Positions 59,670 to 64,000 of a stretch of DNA of 64,000 nucleotides are shown here, in pieces (position 1 is the stretch's first letter; each line of letters starts with the position of its first letter). This DNA is from Parachlamydiales bacterium. GTDB lineage: Bacteria; Chlamydiota; Chlamydiia; Chlamydiales; SM23-39. The stretch lies in contig JBNLAH010000001.1 in assembly GCA_050302075.1 (NCBI GenBank), positions 196,157 to 260,156 on the forward strand. The letters are read 5' to 3'. The notes beneath the pieces are model-generated. The model was not told the DNA's origin. It saw only the letters and a program-made list of their open reading frames with translations, and made no database searches. Both the position numbers and the translations under genes were made by a program.

Positions 59670-60072
59670 TGGAGGTGGAGAGAATCGAACTCTCGTCCTT
59701 AGCAAACTCAATATTAATGACTACATGCTTATCTCCTTTGTTAATAATCTACTCTGATGAAAGGAGCAACACTACAAGTAGATTTAATCCTCGTTGTCTT
59801 GGGTATCTTTTCAGAGGATCAGAGAAAAGGACCCAAACCCAGAAATATGACGGTAGATTCTAAAACTCTGGATCTGATTTTAGGCTACCGGGCGCTTAAA
59901 ACTGTTAGGTCTTAAGCAGCAGCTGCAAAAGTTTCTACTCCAGCAGAGAAGTCAACTTTTACGATTTTGCTTTCTTTAGCAATTATAGTGTAATCGGCTT
60001 TTTAAGAGGCCAACCGATCAACCTCTGCATGCCACTAATACGAAATTTCCAAGTCGAAACCTGTTCACCCCC
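59670..60072 (-). ncRNA. ssrA: tmRNA; tag peptide (A)AKESKIVKVDFSAGVETFAAAA* at 59980-59912
   Basis: 5' GGGGGTGAACAGGTTTCGAC; 3' GGACGAGAGTTCGATTCTCTCCACCTCCA with G3.U alanine identity pair and T-arm; CCA not encoded; extended -10 TGTTATAAT at 60088-60080. Confidence 0.96.
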
Positions 60073-60205
60073 GTTAGTGATTATAACATAATTTTGAATT
60101 AAATCATAGTAGCAGTTGAGCTGGATTTTAATAAAGATAAACTCTAAAGTATTAATACTTATGCTATTAATTAAAATATATCTTACTTAGAAGGGGTTAT
60201 TCTAA

Positions 60206-63200
60206 ATGTTTCATTATCAACAAGATGAGTCATTTTCTGATCGAGAGGACAGAATAGAGATTTTTTGGAGAGAGAACGAAATCTTTAAAAAGTCCATTGA
60301 AATGAGAGCAAAAGGGGAATTATTTTCATTTTATGACGGTCCTCCATTTGCAACGGGACTGCCACACTATGGACATCTTTTGGCTGGAACAATTAAGGAT
60401 ATTATTCCGAGATATAAGACAATGAAAGGGTATTATGTCCCAAGAAGATTTGGCTGGGACTGTCATGGTCTTCCAGTTGAGAATGAAATTGAAAAAGCTA
60501 AAGAATTATCTGGAGCGGCATCAATAGAAAAATTTGGGATAGCCAATTTTAATGAAGAGTGTAGAAAAATTGTTTTAAGATATACATCTGAGTGGCAAGA
60601 GACAGTAGAGCGAATGGGCAGATGGGTTGATTTTGAAAATACCTATAAAACAATGGATCTTACGTTCATGGAGTCTGTCTGGTGGGTTTTTAAACAGTTA
60701 TTTGACAAAGGTCTAGTTTATGAAGGGTTCAAGGTGATGCCTTTTTCAGCAAAACTTGGAACACCACTTTCAAATTTTGAAGCAAATTTAAACTATCGTG
60801 ATGTAAATGATCCATCCGTAACTGCTATTTTTCAGTCAGAAGATGATGAAAAAACAGCTTTTTTGGCATGGACAACAACTCCTTGGACTCTTCCATCAAA
60901 TTTAGCTTTAGCTGTAGGTCCGGATATCATTTATGTGAAAGTTTATTCTAAGAAGCATGATATGAATTTCATCCTGGCGAAAGATCGTTTATCTTCGCAT
61001 TTTAAAGAAGATGACAGTTTTGAGATTTTGAAAGAATTTAGAGGTAGTGAACTAGAAGGCGAGAGATATAAGCCCTTATTTAGGTATTTTGATGATCAAG
61101 CAGATGCTTTCAAAATTATTTGTGATGACTTTGTAACAACAGAGGATGGTACTGGTATTGTACATTCTGCTCCAGCATTTGGTGAGGTTGACTTTTTTGC
61201 TTGTAAAAAGGCTGGGATTGAACTTGTTTGCCCTGTTGATAACAATGGAAAATTTACTAAGGAAGTACCTGATTATGAAGGCATGCTAGTTAAAGATGCT
61301 GATAAATTAATTATTAAAGACCTTAAAGCAGCTGGAAAAATATTTTCACACTCTCAGATTAGGCACCGCTATCCGTTTTGTTGGAGATCTGACACTCCAT
61401 TAATTTATAAGGCTGTGAGTACCTGGTTTGTATCTGTAGAAAAGATAAAAGATGAGTTATTAAAGGCAAACGAAGAAATTAATTGGGTTCCATCTCATAT
61501 TAAATATGGAAGGTTTGGGAAATGGCTTGAAAATGCCAGAGACTGGGCAATCAGCCGAAATCGTTATTGGGGTACTCCTATACCAATTTTTATAAGTGAT
61601 GATGGAGACATTAAAGTAATCGGATCAGTAAAAGAACTTGAAGAAAAAACAAAACAAAAGATTACTGACTTGCATCGCCATTTTATTGATGATTTAACAT
61701 TTGAAGAGAATGGTAAAAAATACCATAGAGTCAAGGAAGTTTTTGATTGTTGGTTTGAGTCTGGATCAATGCCGTATGCGCAGAATCACTACCCATTTGA
61801 TTCAAAAGAACAAACAGAAAAGTCATTTCCAGCAGATTTTATTGCTGAAGGATTGGATCAGACAAGGGGCTGGTTTTATACATTGAATGTTTTATCTGTA
61901 GCTTTGTTTAATAAACCAGCTTTTAAGAACGTGATTGTTAATGGAATTATCTTAGCCGAAGATGGGACAAAGATGTCTAAGAGGCTCAAAAACTACCCAG
62001 ATCCTAAAGACGTTATAAATAATTTTGGTGCAGATGCCATTAGAATGTATATGCTAAACAGTCCAGCAGTTAAAGCAGATGATTTGCGATTTTCAGAAAA
62101 GGGGGTAGAGCTTGTCTTGAGACAGATTTTAATTCCTTTTTGGAACTCTTTTGTGTTTTTGTCAACTTACGCAAAAATATATAACTGGGCTCCTAGTAAA
62201 AACAGTAATCAGCCAGCTGGACTTATAGATAAATGGATACTATCTAAGCTTCAGGGGCTAATTAATAAAGTTGAAACAGCTCTTGATAATTATGAGCTTA
62301 ATTCAGCCGTTAGTCCTTTCATTGAATTTATAGATGATTTGACAAACTGGTTTATAAGAAGATCTAGGCAAAGATTTTGGGCCGATGAAGACAGCCAAGA
62401 TAGGAGAGATGCATTTCAAACACTTTATCTAGTGCTTTTAAAACTTAGTAAAATAGCAGCGCCATTTATTCCATTTTTAAGTGAGGCAATCTATCAAGAG
62501 CTTAAAACACCTGAAATGAAAGAATCTGTACACCTATGTGATTTTCCAAAGTACAAAGAGGATCTCAGGGATATTTCTTTAGAAGAACAAATGAGCTACA
62601 TTCAACGGGCTGTTAGTTTAGGCCATTCTCTTCGAAAAGAGCAGAAGTTAAAAGTAAGACAACCTCTATCGCTAGCACAAGTTGCAACTTCGAATAAGAA
62701 AATATTAGAAGCTTTAAAAGAGCAAAAAAATCTGATATTGGAGGAGTTAAACGTTAAAAATTTAGAAGTTCACTCGGATGAATCTAAATTTGTAGAAAGA
62801 ATAGCAAAGCCAAACTTTAGAGTACTTGGAAAGAAAATTGGAAAGCTTATGCCAGAAGCTCAAAAAGAAATTCAAAAGTTTGAAACTAAGCAGCTAGATG
62901 CCATTGAGCTTGGAAATCCGGTTGAGGTAGTTATTAATGGAAATAAAATTCTTCTGACAAAAGAAGATGTTTTTATTGAAAGGAAAATATCCGAAGGAAC
63001 AGTAGCGTCCAGTGATCAAGAAATAGCTATTATAATTGACACTAAAATAACAGAAGACCTTTTACTGGAAGGGTATGCTAGGGAGCTTGTAAATAAAATT
63101 AATACAATGAGACGTGAACTCGGACTTCATGTATCAGACAGAATTAATGTTGTAATTGATGCACCTGAAGTTATTGAAAAAAGTTTTGAGCTTTTTAAAA

Positions 63201-63313
63201 ATTATATTATTGGTGAAATCCTTGCTCTTGATGTTAAATTCGAGAAAACTACTGGAACGACATGGGATCTAAATTCAATTGAAACTGTGATAAAAATAGA
63301 AAAAGCTAATTAA
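60206..63313 (+). CDS. ileS: Isoleucyl-tRNA synthetase, type 2 (eukaryote/archaea-like)
   Basis: DGPPFATGLPHYGH, GWDCHGLP, WTTTPWTLP, ISRNRYWG and KMSKR; no C-terminal zinc finger. Confidence 0.97.
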   Translation: MFHYQQDESFSDREDRIEIFWRENEIFKKSIEMRAKGELFSFYDGPPFATGLPHYGHLLAGTIKDIIPRYKTMKGYYVPRRFGWDCHGLPVENEIEKAKELSGAASIEKFGIANFNEECRKIVLRYTSEWQETVERMGRWVDFENTYKTMDLTFMESVWWVFKQLFDKGLVYEGFKVMPFSAKLGTPLSNFEANLNYRDVNDPSVTAIFQSEDDEKTAFLAWTTTPWTLPSNLALAVGPDIIYVKVYSKKHDMNFILAKDRLSSHFKEDDSFEILKEFRGSELEGERYKPLFRYFDDQADAFKIICDDFVTTEDGTGIVHSAPAFGEVDFFACKKAGIELVCPVDNNGKFTKEVPDYEGMLVKDADKLIIKDLKAAGKIFSHSQIRHRYPFCWRSDTPLIYKAVSTWFVSVEKIKDELLKANEEINWVPSHIKYGRFGKWLENARDWAISRNRYWGTPIPIFISDDGDIKVIGSVKELEEKTKQKITDLHRHFIDDLTFEENGKKYHRVKEVFDCWFESGSMPYAQNHYPFDSKEQTEKSFPADFIAEGLDQTRGWFYTLNVLSVALFNKPAFKNVIVNGIILAEDGTKMSKRLKNYPDPKDVINNFGADAIRMYMLNSPAVKADDLRFSEKGVELVLRQILIPFWNSFVFLSTYAKIYNWAPSKNSNQPAGLIDKWILSKLQGLINKVETALDNYELNSAVSPFIEFIDDLTNWFIRRSRQRFWADEDSQDRRDAFQTLYLVLLKLSKIAAPFIPFLSEAIYQELKTPEMKESVHLCDFPKYKEDLRDISLEEQMSYIQRAVSLGHSLRKEQKLKVRQPLSLAQVATSNKKILEALKEQKNLILEELNVKNLEVHSDESKFVERIAKPNFRVLGKKIGKLMPEAQKEIQKFETKQLDAIELGNPVEVVINGNKILLTKEDVFIERKISEGTVASSDQEIAIIIDTKITEDLLLEGYARELVNKINTMRRELGLHVSDRINVVIDAPEVIEKSFELFKNYIIGEILALDVKFEKTTGTTWDLNSIETVIKIEKAN

Positions 63314-64000
63314 TATAATTTTCTTTTTCTATATAAGGTTATAATTGCAATTATTATTATAACAAAAACAGACCAAGTAAATATTTTTGGGAAAGATAAA
63401 AGCGGGAAATGAGGTTGCTCTGGCCTTCCCCAACGATTAGGGGGCCAAAAAATAACATCAGAACTTCCTTTAAGATTTTCTTGAGGAACAAAGCCAAAGT
63501 CCCTTGAATCGGAGCTATTTGCATGATTATCCCCAAGAGCCAAGTAACCATTTGCAGGAATTGTCAACCCGTACTCTTGAATCATTTGAACATCTAACTC
63601 GTTGTTATCTAATAAAGGTGGTCCTAGGTCAATAAATGGTTCATATGAAAGAGAGTTTTTTTCAATTTCAATTTCTTTTTCAATAAACTTCTCTAAAACA
63701 ATATCTCCTTTTTTATAGATTGGTTTGCCCAGCAAATAGAGTTCGCCATCGCGAAAATAAGTATATCGAGAGGGAGATAAGTATTGATTTTTAGATCTAG
63801 GTGAAAAGAGCTGGTTCCATTGGACTCCCAAGTTATAAAGCATTTGAATATTTTCACTTGAATGTACGTAAAGAGGATGGTCTTTTGGCATTTTTTTTAG
63901 AAATCCACCAAAAGGTAAAATATTGAAAATGTTTTTAAGGATGTTTGGAGCTTTCAGCATCATGCTATCTAGCTGAACTTTATATAAAACGCCATCATCG
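63310..64000 (-). CDS. lepB: Signal peptidase I, long chlamydial type (C-terminal part; runs off the window)
   Basis: YLALGDNHANSSDSRDFGFVP box E and C-terminal TM; convergent with ileS. Confidence 0.88.
   Translation of the reverse strand, partial: DDGVLYKVQLDSMMLKAPNILKNIFNILPFGGFLKKMPKDHPLYVHSSENIQMLYNLGVQWNQLFSPRSKNQYLSPSRYTYFRDGELYLLGKPIYKKGDIVLEKFIEKEIEIEKNSLSYEPFIDLGPPLLDNNELDVQMIQEYGLTIPANGYLALGDNHANSSDSRDFGFVPQENLKGSSDVIFWPPNRWGRPEQPHFPLLSFPKIFTWSVFVIIIIAIITLYRKRKLY

Larger units (their letters stand above)
42274..59693. mobile_element. Tandem array of ssrA-integrated modules (att-delimited, no recombinase gene recognised); left boundary uncertain
   Basis: Eight or nine co-oriented ssrA-3'-end-derived repeats separate accessory gene modules. 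Confidence 0.7.

Noticed and set aside
59669..59863. 64 aa ORF MEVERIELSS...
   Set aside because: Antisense shadow of the tmRNA 3' end.

Overview
AT-rich bacterial DNA whose gene content and order indicate an environmental member of the Chlamydiota. Evidence: htrA-M16C peptidase, class Ic nrdAB, pssA-rmuC, CT017/CT016-like genes and phoH on the left, and ssrA-ileS-long lepB on the right. About 44 kb of accessory genes lies between phoH (ends 15641) and the tmRNA gene (59670-60072, minus strand). The most notable structure is just downstream of ssrA. Seven direct repeats of about 36 bp (46136, 47864, 49919, 51844, 53796, 54624, 56132; a degenerate eighth near 42274) are spaced 0.8-2.1 kb apart. 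Each fuses a copy of the last 14 nt of tmRNA (exact in three copies, decayed in the rest) to a conserved non-tmRNA tail, and the whole reads WRWRDxFRTFDW with codon-like variation. The repeats divide the region into 1-4 gene modules carrying three Inc-like paralogues, a PI3/4-kinase-like protein, a TPR-nucleotidyltransferase, an NTT-like transporter, an APH and an AbiE toxin-antitoxin pair. No recombinase gene is recognisable in the window. I interpret this, as inference, as an integrase-less, integron-like cassette array built by serial integration at ssrA. All protein assignments come from motif recognition only; no database search was run.
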